In this document: one piece after another, positions 10,899-20,977 of the stretch
Position numbering within the stretch: the first letter of the stretch is position 1
Layout of the letters: each line of letters opens with the position of its first letter
From: an uncultured Bacilli bacterium
GTDB taxonomy: Bacteria; Bacillota_I; Bacilli_A; RF39; UBA660
Assembly: GCA_944358265.1 (NCBI GenBank)
Contig: CALVQR010000003.1
Location: forward strand, 1-57,100
DNA: 57,100 nucleotides
Direction of reading: 5' to 3'
Program-made: the position numbers and the translations under genes
Notes under the pieces: generated by a model
The model's database searches: none
What the model saw: the letters and a program-made list of their open reading frames with translations, nothing else
What the model was told of the DNA's origin: nothing

Positions 10899-11867
10899 TT
10901 AATCTTTATTATTCCCTTGAATTACATTAAGTATTCCATTCATTTTTTCTTGAACACCATCTAATTCTTTTTTTAACACATCACTTTTATCTTGAAGTTC
11001 CTCTTTTTCTTTCTTTAAAGATAATGTTTCTTTTTGTTTTTCAAATAAATCAAATTTTGTTTTTGATAATTCTTCCTCTAATTCTTCTATATGTTGCATT
11101 TGTTTTGCATATACATCCATAAGAAGCGGTTCTACTTCTTGTTTAAATTTTTCTTTATAGTTTCCTTTTGATAAATTTGATTGATTTTCGGTAATTTTTG
11201 GAATTTCATCTACTACAGCTTCTGCTTTTTCTTCTGGCATTTTAAATTCTTCAAGAGACACTATATTTTCAACTTTTGGTTCAACTTTTGAATTTGCAAT
11301 CACAGTTTCTATATTTTTATTTCTAGCTTGTAATTCTTCAAAAGTAGGAATTTCAATTGTCTTATTTAAAAAATCTTCTTTTTCTGCTTCTTGATTTAAT
11401 ATAAAATCTGCTGGAGTATTAGGAGTAATTGCTGGTTCAACATTTAATTCTGATAATGACTTAATAGAGGAAAAATCTTCCTCAGAATATTTGCTTGCTA
11501 ATGTATCAGCAAATTTTTTTGAAACTAATAATTTTTTAGGTTTTCTGATAGAAACTTCTTCTCCGCTTATTTTTAAATTAGATTTATATTTTTCATCAAT
11601 AGGTTCATTTTCATCTCTTGCGATTGATTTCATTATTTCTTTTAATTCATTCCATTCAGAATCCGTCTTAATTTCGCTATATGAATAATTTCCTTTTTCC
11701 CCAACTACACCCGTTGTATATATTTTTATCATGTTATTATCATTTATTTCACCATAGGTATAAGTAATATAATTATTACCATTTGAAAGTTTATATTTTG
11801 CAAGTATTTGTGCATCTTCTCTAATTCCTTCTTCATTTATTACATAAAACATTGTTTTTCTGTTCAT
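10899..11867 (-). CDS. DUF1292-like N-terminal domain plus C-terminal coiled coil
   Basis: N-terminal ..INEEG..NYITYT..IKTDSEWNEL.. pattern; heptad-rich C-terminus. Confidence 0.6.
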   Translation of the reverse strand: MNRKTMFYVINEEGIREDAQILAKYKLSNGNNYITYTYGEINDNNMIKIYTTGVVGEKGNYSYSEIKTDSEWNELKEIMKSIARDENEPIDEKYKSNLKISGEEVSIRKPKKLLVSKKFADTLASKYSEEDFSSIKSLSELNVEPAITPNTPADFILNQEAEKEDFLNKTIEIPTFEELQARNKNIETVIANSKVEPKVENIVSLEEFKMPEEKAEAVVDEIPKITENQSNLSKGNYKEKFKQEVEPLLMDVYAKQMQHIEELEEELSKTKFDLFEKQKETLSLKKEKEELQDKSDVLKKELDGVQEKMNGILNVIQGNNKD

Positions 11868-11897
11868 TTTTACACCTCATTTACTATAAAAATTATA

Positions 11898-12182
11898 TCA
11901 TATATTAATTCGTTTCGCAACAAAATATCTACATTCATATGCACATTTTTCTCTTAAATACTTATCTAAATTACTTATTTTATTATAATTTTTACTTTTT
12001 TTATTATCATCATTATAAAATCCTTTTAATCTTAACTTATCATAAGCCCAATCACCAACAACATAATCAAAATCAAAAAAATAATCTGTGCATTTATTAA
12101 TAAACTCATCTTTATTATAACCGTTTCTATAATCCTTTATTATTTCATATTTAATATTTTCTATATTGACTATTTTTTCCAT
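11898..12182 (-). CDS. yutD: YutD (DUF1027) family protein
   Basis: DYVVGDWAYDKLRLKGFY..YLREKCAYECRYF. Confidence 0.88.
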   Translation of the reverse strand: MEKIVNIENIKYEIIKDYRNGYNKDEFINKCTDYFFDFDYVVGDWAYDKLRLKGFYNDDNKKSKNYNKISNLDKYLREKCAYECRYFVAKRINI

Positions 12183-12230
12183 ACATACACCTGCTTAAAA
12201 TATATTATAATAATATTATATCATAAAAAT

Positions 12231-12986
12231 TTAGTCACTTTCAATTGGTATTGATAATATATTTGAACTTTCATTAAGTTTTCCATTACTATAATAATCT
12301 GGAACCTTACCATTAATTACTTTTATAGCAATCGGTATATTATTAACTATTTTAATTCTTTCTGTTTGAAATGGTAATATAACTTCTTCTGTTACTTCTA
12401 CTTTGGCAGTTATTTCAAGTAACGCATTATTTATACCATAATTACTTACATTTGTCTCTATACTACTTACAACGTTCCCTACTAAGCTTAATTTAACAGG
12501 AATTTTAGGACCAATATTTGATAAAAGTACATTATTAGATATTATTCCCATTGGGATTTGAGATATAACTCCATTTTTTAAATTTTCAATATTATATTCT
12601 TCATAATCTATAAATGATATATCATCAATTTCTCCTTTTTCAAGTTTCTTTAAATTATCACTTACAACACTAGTTGTCTTAGATAAAAATTTATTTACAA
12701 TAACTGGATTAAAATCTATAGTTTGTATTTCTCCAGAATCATTTTGTATTACTTCATACATATCATCTTCTAATGTAGATAAAACATCATCATTTAATGA
12801 ATTTTTAATCACTATTATTGCCATTTTTTTACAATCAATTTTTGCTTGATTCATTATAACTGGTAAAAATTTATTCCCACAATAAGATATAAAAAGATAT
12901 GTGCAAATTATTATTAACAATATTATTATTGATATTTTAGTACTTTTTTTTACATGTTTATGTGATTTTAATCTTATTTTTCTCAT
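12231..12986 (-). CDS. yunB: Sporulation protein YunB
   Basis: N-terminal TM; IPMG..LLSNIGPKIPV, YGINNAL, IPIA..VINGKVPDYY. Confidence 0.88.
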   Translation of the reverse strand: MRKIRLKSHKHVKKSTKISIIILLIIICTYLFISYCGNKFLPVIMNQAKIDCKKMAIIVIKNSLNDDVLSTLEDDMYEVIQNDSGEIQTIDFNPVIVNKFLSKTTSVVSDNLKKLEKGEIDDISFIDYEEYNIENLKNGVISQIPMGIISNNVLLSNIGPKIPVKLSLVGNVVSSIETNVSNYGINNALLEITAKVEVTEEVILPFQTERIKIVNNIPIAIKVINGKVPDYYSNGKLNESSNILSIPIESD

Positions 12987-13021
12987 ATTAAATTATATGA
13001 AAAAAATAGAAATATAATTTC

Positions 13022-13774
13022 CTATTTTATATAAAATGTATATACCAAAAACCCAATAGCGCACATTATTACTAAAGTTATTATAAAAATCAATATTTTT
13101 ATAAATATACTTGTTTTCTTTACATTATCTTTCATATCTTCAATACTATCAAAATCTTTAGTATTAAACATAAATGTATCTGTACTATACTCTGTTGTAT
13201 CATCACTTTCAATCTTTTTTATATTAACATCATTATCCCCATCTTCTAATACTTCTATCAAATTAGAATCTTTAGTTAAATCAGAAAACATATCTAAAGC
13301 TATATCTTCAGAACTAACATTAGTCAATGTATTCATTATATTTAAAAGTTCTTTTTCTTCTTTTATTAAATTTTCATAAACTTTTCTTGTTTTTGATAAC
13401 TCTTCATCTAAATTTTCTCTAAATTTATAATTTTGTATTTTTCTTTTTTCATTAGCTTCCTCTATTATATCTCTTTGATTCTTTGCTTCTTTTAATACTT
13501 CATTTATATCATATGATTTTTTTTCTTCTGTATTTGATATTTTTAAATTATCGTATTCTTCCATATTAAAGTTATTTCGTTCAATTCTTTTTGTTTGTTT
13601 TTTTTCTTTGTCAATAATTTCTTTTATCTTGCTAATATCAATTTCATTAGAATCATCTATAACAACCATATTAGTATAATTAGTGTTAGAGTATATATCA
13701 TCATATAAGTTTTGATTTTTAGAAACCCTACTTATATTTTTATTATTTTCATATTTATCTAATCTAGATTTCAA
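13022..13774 (-). CDS. Hypothetical acidic protein with C-terminal TM anchor
   Basis: TTG start after AGGTG SD; hydrophobic C-terminus. Confidence 0.7.
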   Translation of the reverse strand: MKSRLDKYENNKNISRVSKNQNLYDDIYSNTNYTNMVVIDDSNEIDISKIKEIIDKEKKQTKRIERNNFNMEEYDNLKISNTEEKKSYDINEVLKEAKNQRDIIEEANEKRKIQNYKFRENLDEELSKTRKVYENLIKEEKELLNIMNTLTNVSSEDIALDMFSDLTKDSNLIEVLEDGDNDVNIKKIESDDTTEYSTDTFMFNTKDFDSIEDMKDNVKKTSIFIKILIFIITLVIMCAIGFLVYTFYIK

Positions 13775-13886
13775 AAAGAATCACCTACTTTATAGTAAAA
13801 TAATAACATATTTTTTATTTTTTTTAAATATATTAATTTAAATTATATAAAATTGTAGTATAATTAAATAGAGGTTGGAGGTTTTT

Positions 13887-14093
13887 ATGAAAAAAATAGT
13901 AAAAGTTAACAAAGATAAGTGTCTAGGATGTGGAATGTGCGTTGGGATTAATTCTGATGTTTTTGATTTTGATGAAGATGGACTTGCAAAAGCAGACAAC
14001 GACAAAATAAACGATGAAAACAAAGAAGAAATAAATAATGCAATTGATTCATGTCCTGTATCAGCAATTGAAGTAAAGGAAGAAAATGAATAA
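13887..14093 (+). CDS. Monocluster [4Fe-4S] ferredoxin
   Basis: CLGCGMC...SCPVSAI; GGAGG SD before ATG 13887. Confidence 0.9.
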   Translation: MKKIVKVNKDKCLGCGMCVGINSDVFDFDEDGLAKADNDKINDENKEEINNAIDSCPVSAIEVKEENE

Positions 14094-14158
14094 GATTCGA
14101 ATATTTGAATCTTTTTTTTATAAAAAAAATCCAATCAATGATTGGAGTATATTTACTA

Positions 14159-14800
14159 TCAATTTAATCTAATAATGGAGTACATAACAACAACGCCAAT
14201 AATAATTGCTATTATACTTAATATTATTGCACTTGCATTTCCTTTTTCGTTATCAGGAAATTCATCGGGCATAACTTCATCTATTTCTTCATCTGATGAA
14301 TCAAATAATGGTTTAGCAAGCATTTCTGGTTCTTCATTTAACACGCTAAAGTCATCTTTTATTGTAAAAGAAGGAGTAACATCTTCTTCAATTGGATCAC
14401 TAAATATTGTATCTTCAAAATTATCTTCAATTATTTCCGGTTTTTCATCTGGGATAATTTCTGATTCATTTTGTTCTTTTGTTTTTAAATACTCATTATA
14501 TTTATTTTTCATATTATTTTCAAAACTCATAAGTTCCTTTTCAATTATTTCAAATGGTTTTGACAAATCATCTGATTCATATTCCTTTAACTTAGCAATA
14601 TATATTTCTTTAGTAATAATTGGATTATTCATTGCTAAATCATTTAATCTTGATATTATTTCGTCTTTACGTTTTTTCTTTAAATCACTCATATATTTTT
14701 CATACACTTGTTTCTTTTCTTCATCAGAATAACTTTCATTATTTAATATTTCCATTGCGTCTTCTCTACTATAATCTAATTTTTGTGTCATGTCTTCCAC
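14159..14800 (-). CDS. Hypothetical acidic protein with C-terminal TM anchor
   Basis: Ends NEKGNASAIILSIIAIIIGVVVMYSIIRLN. Confidence 0.7.
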   Translation of the reverse strand: MEDMTQKLDYSREDAMEILNNESYSDEEKKQVYEKYMSDLKKKRKDEIISRLNDLAMNNPIITKEIYIAKLKEYESDDLSKPFEIIEKELMSFENNMKNKYNEYLKTKEQNESEIIPDEKPEIIEDNFEDTIFSDPIEEDVTPSFTIKDDFSVLNEEPEMLAKPLFDSSDEEIDEVMPDEFPDNEKGNASAIILSIIAIIIGVVVMYSIIRLN

Positions 14801-14964
14801 TCCCTATTTTCGATATATTGTTGTATTTAACTACATTATATCACAAAGCACCCTAGTTTTGTAAAGTATTTTTAAACATTTTAATGCTTTTTCATATCTT
14901 TTTTCATTTATAAAAATTTTATATCTGTACAAACTTGACTCCTAATAAATTATTTAATATATAG

Positions 14965-16044
14965 TTATCTTTTTTTTCTATTCATAATAAGCATATCATA
15001 AAAAGCCTCTAATCTTGTTTTAATTTCTACTTTACTTGTATCAATGTCAAAATTTAAAAACATTAATGGCATATTTTCATCATTACATAATTTTTCAAGT
15101 ATCTTCATACCTCCTATTTCAGGAGTACAACCAAAAGATTTAATATGAATTATTCCATCATATCCCTTATTTATTAATATTTTTGCTTTTTCGATACTAC
15201 TTATTACATTTGAACCCAATGAATATTTACAATATTTTTTAATTTTTCCTAAATAATATTTTTCTTTTAATGGTCTTGATAAAAATAAAAATGTCTCATT
15301 AGGAAATTTTGATACTTCTATATTCATATTTGCAAGTTTCTTTTCTATAAAATAATTCGAATTTTCATCAATAAAAATATAGGGCATTCCAACTATGCCT
15401 ATTTTTAAACAGTTTTTAGGCTTATCAAGAGGTATATTTTTAAACTTTTTCTTGAAATAAAAATATTTTTTTATTAAATCTATAAATCCTTTAGTTTTAG
15501 AAAAACTTATAACCATAGATTTCTTTACCCTATCAAAACTACCTTCATTAATTTCAAATCCTATATTTTTTCTTATATATATATCTAATTTGTTCATGTA
15601 ATAAGTCATTAAAAAAGTTAGAGACAAATAATATAAAAATTTTATTACTTTTATATTTGGATTTAATTTTTTTAAAATTTTATATAAACTAAATATCTTA
15701 TTTTTGTCTTTATTTATTAAACAATAAAATTCAAACTTATATCCTAATTCTTCTAATATTTGTTTTTGAAATTCAAAATAATACTCCAAACTGCATCTTT
15801 CTCCTATATGAATAATTATGTTAGCACCATTTTCTAATGACTCTATATAGTTTGCTAATGTATATTTAAATGCTGAACACATATAATCTGATAAATATTC
15901 TGAACATATTTGCAATGTTTTGTTTGTAATTGTATTAATAAGTTTAACTTCACAATTTGTTAGATTTTCAATTAAAAATTTTATAGGGATATTATTATTT
16001 GGTATTGACTGAAAACTAATAATTTTATTATTCATAAGTATCAC
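14965..16044 (-). CDS. 2-hydroxyacyl-CoA dehydratase / activase-associated family protein
   Basis: C..FKYTLAN, GYDGIIHIKSFGCTPE, TRLEAFYDML motifs. Confidence 0.7.
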   Translation of the reverse strand: MILMNNKIISFQSIPNNNIPIKFLIENLTNCEVKLINTITNKTLQICSEYLSDYMCSAFKYTLANYIESLENGANIIIHIGERCSLEYYFEFQKQILEELGYKFEFYCLINKDKNKIFSLYKILKKLNPNIKVIKFLYYLSLTFLMTYYMNKLDIYIRKNIGFEINEGSFDRVKKSMVISFSKTKGFIDLIKKYFYFKKKFKNIPLDKPKNCLKIGIVGMPYIFIDENSNYFIEKKLANMNIEVSKFPNETFLFLSRPLKEKYYLGKIKKYCKYSLGSNVISSIEKAKILINKGYDGIIHIKSFGCTPEIGGMKILEKLCNDENMPLMFLNFDIDTSKVEIKTRLEAFYDMLIMNRKKR

Positions 16045-16924
16045 CCTTTTTTATATCATCTATAAAATTTAATATTTTTTCTCTTATATCTTCTTCATCA
16101 TTTAATTCATTTATTAAAATTGATATTGTTTTTTTATTAATTTTTCTTAAAAACATTTTATTTATCAACGTGTTCGAAACACAAGGAAAAGTTGAAACAA
16201 TTACTATTCCATTTACTTTATCTTTATATTTTTCAATAGAATTCAAAATCTGCTGATTATATGTCAAATTCTTTAATGTTTTTTTGTCTTTATCTGGATT
16301 TTTAATATTAGCATATATAATGTCTATATCATATTCTATAAAAACATCCATTATCATTTTCTTAGTTAAATTATCAAATATATTATAAAGGTATCCAATT
16401 AATAAAATTTTCGTTTTTTCATTATATAATCTTTTTTCTTGTAACAAATAATTTATTTTATTTTGTTTATATTCCTCTTTTTTTGCTAGTTTATAAGCAC
16501 TTAGTATTACTTCTTTACCAAAACCTAATTCTTGTCCCATTTTTACAAAAGCAATTTCTTCTGTTAATCCTTTTTTAGCATCTATATTATAGTTTAATAT
16601 ATTTACTTCAAATGTATTACGAACTAAATCATACAATGCATTAAAAACAGTGCATATATTTGTATCATTTTCTAAAGAAGCAATCCTAGGAACTAAAACA
16701 TAATCACATTTATCTTTTAAATAATAAACATGTCCAATATATATCTTTAATGGAAAACATGCTTCATTGACAGTATTCTTTTTACCATTTTCAAAAATTT
16801 CATAATCAGATTCTGGACTTATTATTGTTTCAATTCCTAATTCTTTAAAAAATTTAAGCCATAAAATATTATATTTATAATAAAGTAAACTTCTTGGAAT
16901 TCCTATAGTAATTTTATTATCCAT
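16028..16924 (-). CDS. Acyl-CoA dehydratase activase-related (DUF2229-like) protein
   Basis: IGIPRSLLYYKY, EACFPLKIYIGHV, STFPC. Confidence 0.72.
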   Translation of the reverse strand: MDNKITIGIPRSLLYYKYNILWLKFFKELGIETIISPESDYEIFENGKKNTVNEACFPLKIYIGHVYYLKDKCDYVLVPRIASLENDTNICTVFNALYDLVRNTFEVNILNYNIDAKKGLTEEIAFVKMGQELGFGKEVILSAYKLAKKEEYKQNKINYLLQEKRLYNEKTKILLIGYLYNIFDNLTKKMIMDVFIEYDIDIIYANIKNPDKDKKTLKNLTYNQQILNSIEKYKDKVNGIVIVSTFPCVSNTLINKMFLRKINKKTISILINELNDEEDIREKILNFIDDIKKGDTYE

Positions 16925-17019
16925 ATATATACCCTTTCATCAAAATATATGTATTAAAAACAAAAAAAAGACTTAATTTAATCATAATTTTTTATAAAAA
17001 AAAAGGATTTTTATAACCC

Positions 17020-18288
17020 TTAAAAATTAAACATCAATAACTCTGGCTTTATAATCATTAATATACCTATTATAATTAATATTATTCCTCCAATCAAATG
17101 TGAATACTTTGTATATTTAGTTGAGAACCCAGTTACTTTTAATGTTACCATAGATATTGCAAATATAGCTATATCGTCAAGCAAGAAAAATAATATATAT
17201 ATAAGCATATAAATAAAATAACTAAATGTAGATAAATCATTCATTGCAAGTATTTGAGTAAATATAAGCGGTAACCCTATTGAACACATTAATTCAACAA
17301 TATTTACTGAAGCTGCCAAAACTATAATACCTGCAAGTGCAAATATAAACTTTTTTTGGTTAGTTATAGATATTATTTTATTCATGATTTTTTTGCGTTC
17401 TTTTTTATCTACTACATCACAACCTTCATCTTTTTTATTTATTGATGTAATATATTTTGATAAATTAATAATTCCAACAACAATTGCGACTAAAGCAATC
17501 AATAATCTTATAAATGATATTTTACTAATAAATGTAGCTAAGTTTAACCAAGTAAGCATAAATAATAAATATACTATTCCTGATGTTAAAATAAATGTTA
17601 AACCTAATATCCACATTTTCTTTCTATTTTTCATATTAAATAACATTGTAATTAAGAATATTAATATCCACATAGCACAAGGGTTAAATCCATCTACAAA
17701 TCCAAGTACAACAGCTAAGAGAGGTAAAGATACATTCCTTGCATTTACTTTTCCTAACAATGGAACATCAACTTCCTCATCGGCAGAATTTTTATAACTA
17801 TTTTCTTCATTTTGTGAAGCAGTGTTAATTTTATTATTTTTCTCATCTTTGGAAGTTTCATCTACTATATCTTCTTTTTCACTAACACCTGTAATTTCAC
17901 CCGCATAATCTCTATATTCATTTTCTTCATTTAGATAAAAATCAACATATTTTTTAATAGTTTCGTCAGTTATTCCATCCGCATATCCAATTATAGTTCT
18001 TTTCCCAATTATCGTATAAGGAACTCCTGATCCTGAATTTCCCATTTGCTTTTGCACTTCTGTCATTAATCTTTGATTTTTCGTACTACCCCAAACTTCA
18101 TAAGTATATAATTTTACATTAGGTTTATCCTTTAAATACTCAACTAAAAATTCTTCTTCGGCCGCACAGTGAGGGCAACCATCTCCATAAAACAAATGTA
18201 TATTTACTATTCTTTCTTGCGCATTAACACTTAGTGGAAATACAAAAAATAATATAGTTAACAAAAATATTTTAATATACCTTCTCAT
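17020..18288 (-). CDS. Membrane thiol-disulfide protein: extracytoplasmic glutaredoxin-like domain plus CcdA/DsbD-like TM domain
   Basis: Signal peptide, GCPHC, GVP; multi-TM domain with DGFNPCA and ELMCS cysteines. Confidence 0.78.
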   Translation of the reverse strand: MRRYIKIFLLTILFFVFPLSVNAQERIVNIHLFYGDGCPHCAAEEEFLVEYLKDKPNVKLYTYEVWGSTKNQRLMTEVQKQMGNSGSGVPYTIIGKRTIIGYADGITDETIKKYVDFYLNEENEYRDYAGEITGVSEKEDIVDETSKDEKNNKINTASQNEENSYKNSADEEVDVPLLGKVNARNVSLPLLAVVLGFVDGFNPCAMWILIFLITMLFNMKNRKKMWILGLTFILTSGIVYLLFMLTWLNLATFISKISFIRLLIALVAIVVGIINLSKYITSINKKDEGCDVVDKKERKKIMNKIISITNQKKFIFALAGIIVLAASVNIVELMCSIGLPLIFTQILAMNDLSTFSYFIYMLIYILFFLLDDIAIFAISMVTLKVTGFSTKYTKYSHLIGGIILIIIGILMIIKPELLMFNF

Positions 18289-18557
18289 ATAAAATCACCT
18301 ACTGCTTTCACAATTTCATTGTAATTTTTCTCACCTATAAGCCTAAATAATTCTTTATTATTTTTTTCAAAAATAAGTACTGGCAAAGTTGTACCGACAT
18401 TATATTTTTTTACCTCATCTTCATCAAAATCATAATCTAAATTAATTAGTTCTATATCTTTATTTTCATTTATAAATTTATCAAGAGCCTTATTTGTTAT
18501 TAAACATGCTGGGCACCATAAAGCACTTATTTTTATGATTTTCACATATATCACCAT
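18285..18557 (-). CDS. Thioredoxin family protein
   Basis: WCPAC active site, TLPV cis-Pro loop; overlaps the next gene. Confidence 0.85.
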   Translation of the reverse strand: MVIYVKIIKISALWCPACLITNKALDKFINENKDIELINLDYDFDEDEVKKYNVGTTLPVLIFEKNNKELFRLIGEKNYNEIVKAVGDFI

Positions 18558-18592
18558 AATAATTATATCATATTTTCAAAAAGAAAAAATAC

Positions 18593-19939
18593 CTAATTTG
18601 GTATTTTTAAACTTTGACCTATTGACAAAAGATTACTACTTAAATTATTTATTTTTTTTATTTCATCTACTGTTGTATTATATTTAACCGCTATTTGATA
18701 CAAACTATCTCCACTTTTTACCGTGTATAACGTATAATCAATATTTGATACATTTGGTATTTTTAAACTTTGACCTATTGACAAAAGATTACTACTTAAA
18801 TTATTTAATTTTTTTATTTCATCTACTGTCGTATTATATTTAATCGCTATTTGATACAAACTATCTCCACTTTTTACCGTGTATAACATATAATCAATAT
18901 TTGATACATTTGGTATTTTTAAACTTTGACCTATTGATAAAAGATTACTACTCAAATTATTTAATTTTTTTATTTCATCTACTGTTGTATTATATTTAAT
19001 CGCTATTTGATACAAATTATCTCCACTTTTTACTGTGTATAATATATAATCCTCATTTGTTTCTATTGTTTCATCTGAAATTATAAGTTTTTGACCTATT
19101 GATAAAAGATTACTACTTAAATTATTTAATTTTTTTAAATTATCAACAGTAGTATTAAATTTACTTGCAATTGAATATAATGAATCTCCATTCTGAACAA
19201 TATATGTCTGCGCAGTTTCGTTAATACTAGAAATAGGTATTATAAGTTCCTGTCCTATTGAAAGATTTGTTGTTTTTAAATTATTGGTAGTTTTAATCTC
19301 ATCTACCGTCGTATTAAATTTTTTAGCAATTGAATATAACGAATCTCCTTTTTTTACAATATATATATTTTTACCAGTTCCATCATATGAAATTCCTTGA
19401 TAATTCGCAAGTGCTTTAACTACAGCTTCTGCATACTTTTCATAGTTGTTTTTAAGATTATTTACTTCTTCACTATTGTCTACATTTCCATATTTTACTA
19501 TTATAGTTTCAATATTGCCTGTATCTTTTTGCAAATCATAATAATCTTTTGAAGTATCAGCCTCACTTCTTCGTTGATAATACTTATTTATAGTTAATCC
19601 AGCATCTTCTAAATTATCTGAAATAGATTTAGCAAGTGTATCGTCATTTCTAAGTGCATATATTACTTCAACCCCATTTTCACCTTTTCCTAATTGATTT
19701 GAAATAGCAACTACTTTTGAATTATTCCCATATGCATTCAAAATTCTATTTGCTCTATCTTGATCACTTATATATTCATCAGTTGTTCTAATTATTTTTA
19801 CGTCTGCCCCTAAATTTTTTAATCTATCATAAATATACTCACTTATTAATAAATTATAATCTTTTTCAGTTATATCACTTCCTACTACGCCTGTATTACT
19901 TCCACCCTTTGATGGATCAATTACTATCATAGATCTCAC
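18593..19939 (-). CDS. Amidase_3-like domain (catalytically degenerate) plus five LysM domains
   Basis: IVIDPSKGG / EKD / SNQLG / IIVKYG amidase_3 skeleton; five YxVxxGDxLYxIA repeats. Confidence 0.85.
   Translation of the reverse strand: MRSMIVIDPSKGGSNTGVVGSDITEKDYNLLISEYIYDRLKNLGADVKIIRTTDEYISDQDRANRILNAYGNNSKVVAISNQLGKGENGVEVIYALRNDDTLAKSISDNLEDAGLTINKYYQRRSEADTSKDYYDLQKDTGNIETIIVKYGNVDNSEEVNNLKNNYEKYAEAVVKALANYQGISYDGTGKNIYIVKKGDSLYSIAKKFNTTVDEIKTTNNLKTTNLSIGQELIIPISSINETAQTYIVQNGDSLYSIASKFNTTVDNLKKLNNLSSNLLSIGQKLIISDETIETNEDYILYTVKSGDNLYQIAIKYNTTVDEIKKLNNLSSNLLSIGQSLKIPNVSNIDYMLYTVKSGDSLYQIAIKYNTTVDEIKKLNNLSSNLLSIGQSLKIPNVSNIDYTLYTVKSGDSLYQIAVKYNTTVDEIKKINNLSSNLLSIGQSLKIPN
18597..19040. 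repeat. About three near-identical 156-bp tandem units encoding LysM3-5
   Basis: TTGGTATTTTTAAACTTTGACC recurs at 18598, 18754 and 18910 (period 156). Confidence 0.92.
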
Positions 19940-20043
19940 CCATCCTAACTTAATAAAATATATGAAAAAAATTAGTAAATAAAACTTAAATAATAAAATA
20001 TAATAGAAAATTTTTAATATACTTAAACAAGGGAGATGATTTT

Positions 20044-20970
20044 TTGAATATTATTGATAAAAATTTTATGGAATTAGTAAATGAAATTAAATCTTTAGAT
20101 GAAAAAGAAATGTATTATAGAATTAGAAAAAATTTTGATAATGTACCTAATGATATAAAAATAAATTGTTCAAAATTTTTCAATCAATTTAATTATTGGG
20201 GAATTCTTGATATAGATAATGACAATTACGAAGAAATCAGATTAAAACAAGAAGAATTATATAATCATATTGATGATTTTGTTTGGGTATATGAACATCT
20301 AAAAGATTATAGATCAAAAAAGACTTTATATTCTATTTTAAATAATTGGTATAAATATGATTTCAAAACTACTTCTGAAACTAAAGAAAATATGTTTGAT
20401 GACTATTTTGATTTAGATTTAGTAAAATGTTCAAGCGATGAAATTATTGTAGATCTAGGTGCATATACAGGTGATACTATACTATCTTATATAAAAAATT
20501 ATGGAATTAATTCTTATAAAAAAATATATTGTTATGAAATTACTGAGGATATATTCAGAGAACTCGAAAACAATTTAAAAGATCTTAAAAATATTGATTT
20601 AAGACTAAAAGGTATTAGCGATAAAGAAGGAAATATGTCTATTTCAAATAATATCCAAAGTTATTCTGCTAATACGCTTATTGATGGTGAAGAAAACAAT
20701 ATAAAAGTTACTACTTTAGATTTAGATATTAATGAACCAATTTCAATGATAATCGCAGATATTGAAGGATTTGAAAAAAAAGCTATTGAAGGAGCTAAAA
20801 ATCATATAAAAAATGATCATCCTAAACTTTTAATATCAGTTTATCATAGTAATGAAGATTTATGGAAAATACCAAAAATGATCTACGAAATAAATAACAA
20901 TTATAATTTTTATCTAAGATATAATAGTTCTCCACTATATCCAACTGAAATAACATTAATTGCGATTTAA
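20044..20970 (+). CDS. FkbM family SAM-dependent methyltransferase
   Basis: VDLGAYTGD, TTLD, ADIEGFE, PKLLISVYH. Confidence 0.85.
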   Translation: MNIIDKNFMELVNEIKSLDEKEMYYRIRKNFDNVPNDIKINCSKFFNQFNYWGILDIDNDNYEEIRLKQEELYNHIDDFVWVYEHLKDYRSKKTLYSILNNWYKYDFKTTSETKENMFDDYFDLDLVKCSSDEIIVDLGAYTGDTILSYIKNYGINSYKKIYCYEITEDIFRELENNLKDLKNIDLRLKGISDKEGNMSISNNIQSYSANTLIDGEENNIKVTTLDLDINEPISMIIADIEGFEKKAIEGAKNHIKNDHPKLLISVYHSNEDLWKIPKMIYEINNNYNFYLRYNSSPLYPTEITLIAI

Positions 20971-20977
20971 AAAAACC

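Noticed and set aside
7380-17797. Long plus-strand ORFs 7380-7673, 8007-8546, 9442-10395, 14142-14732, 17384-17797 and similar short ones elsewhere
   Set aside because: Antisense shadows of well-supported genes; Ser/Ile/Phe/Leu-rich, with no SD or motifs.
18597-19040. Regularly spaced repeats as a CRISPR array
   Set aside because: Whole 156-bp units repeat in frame as LysM domains; no unique spacers and no cas genes.
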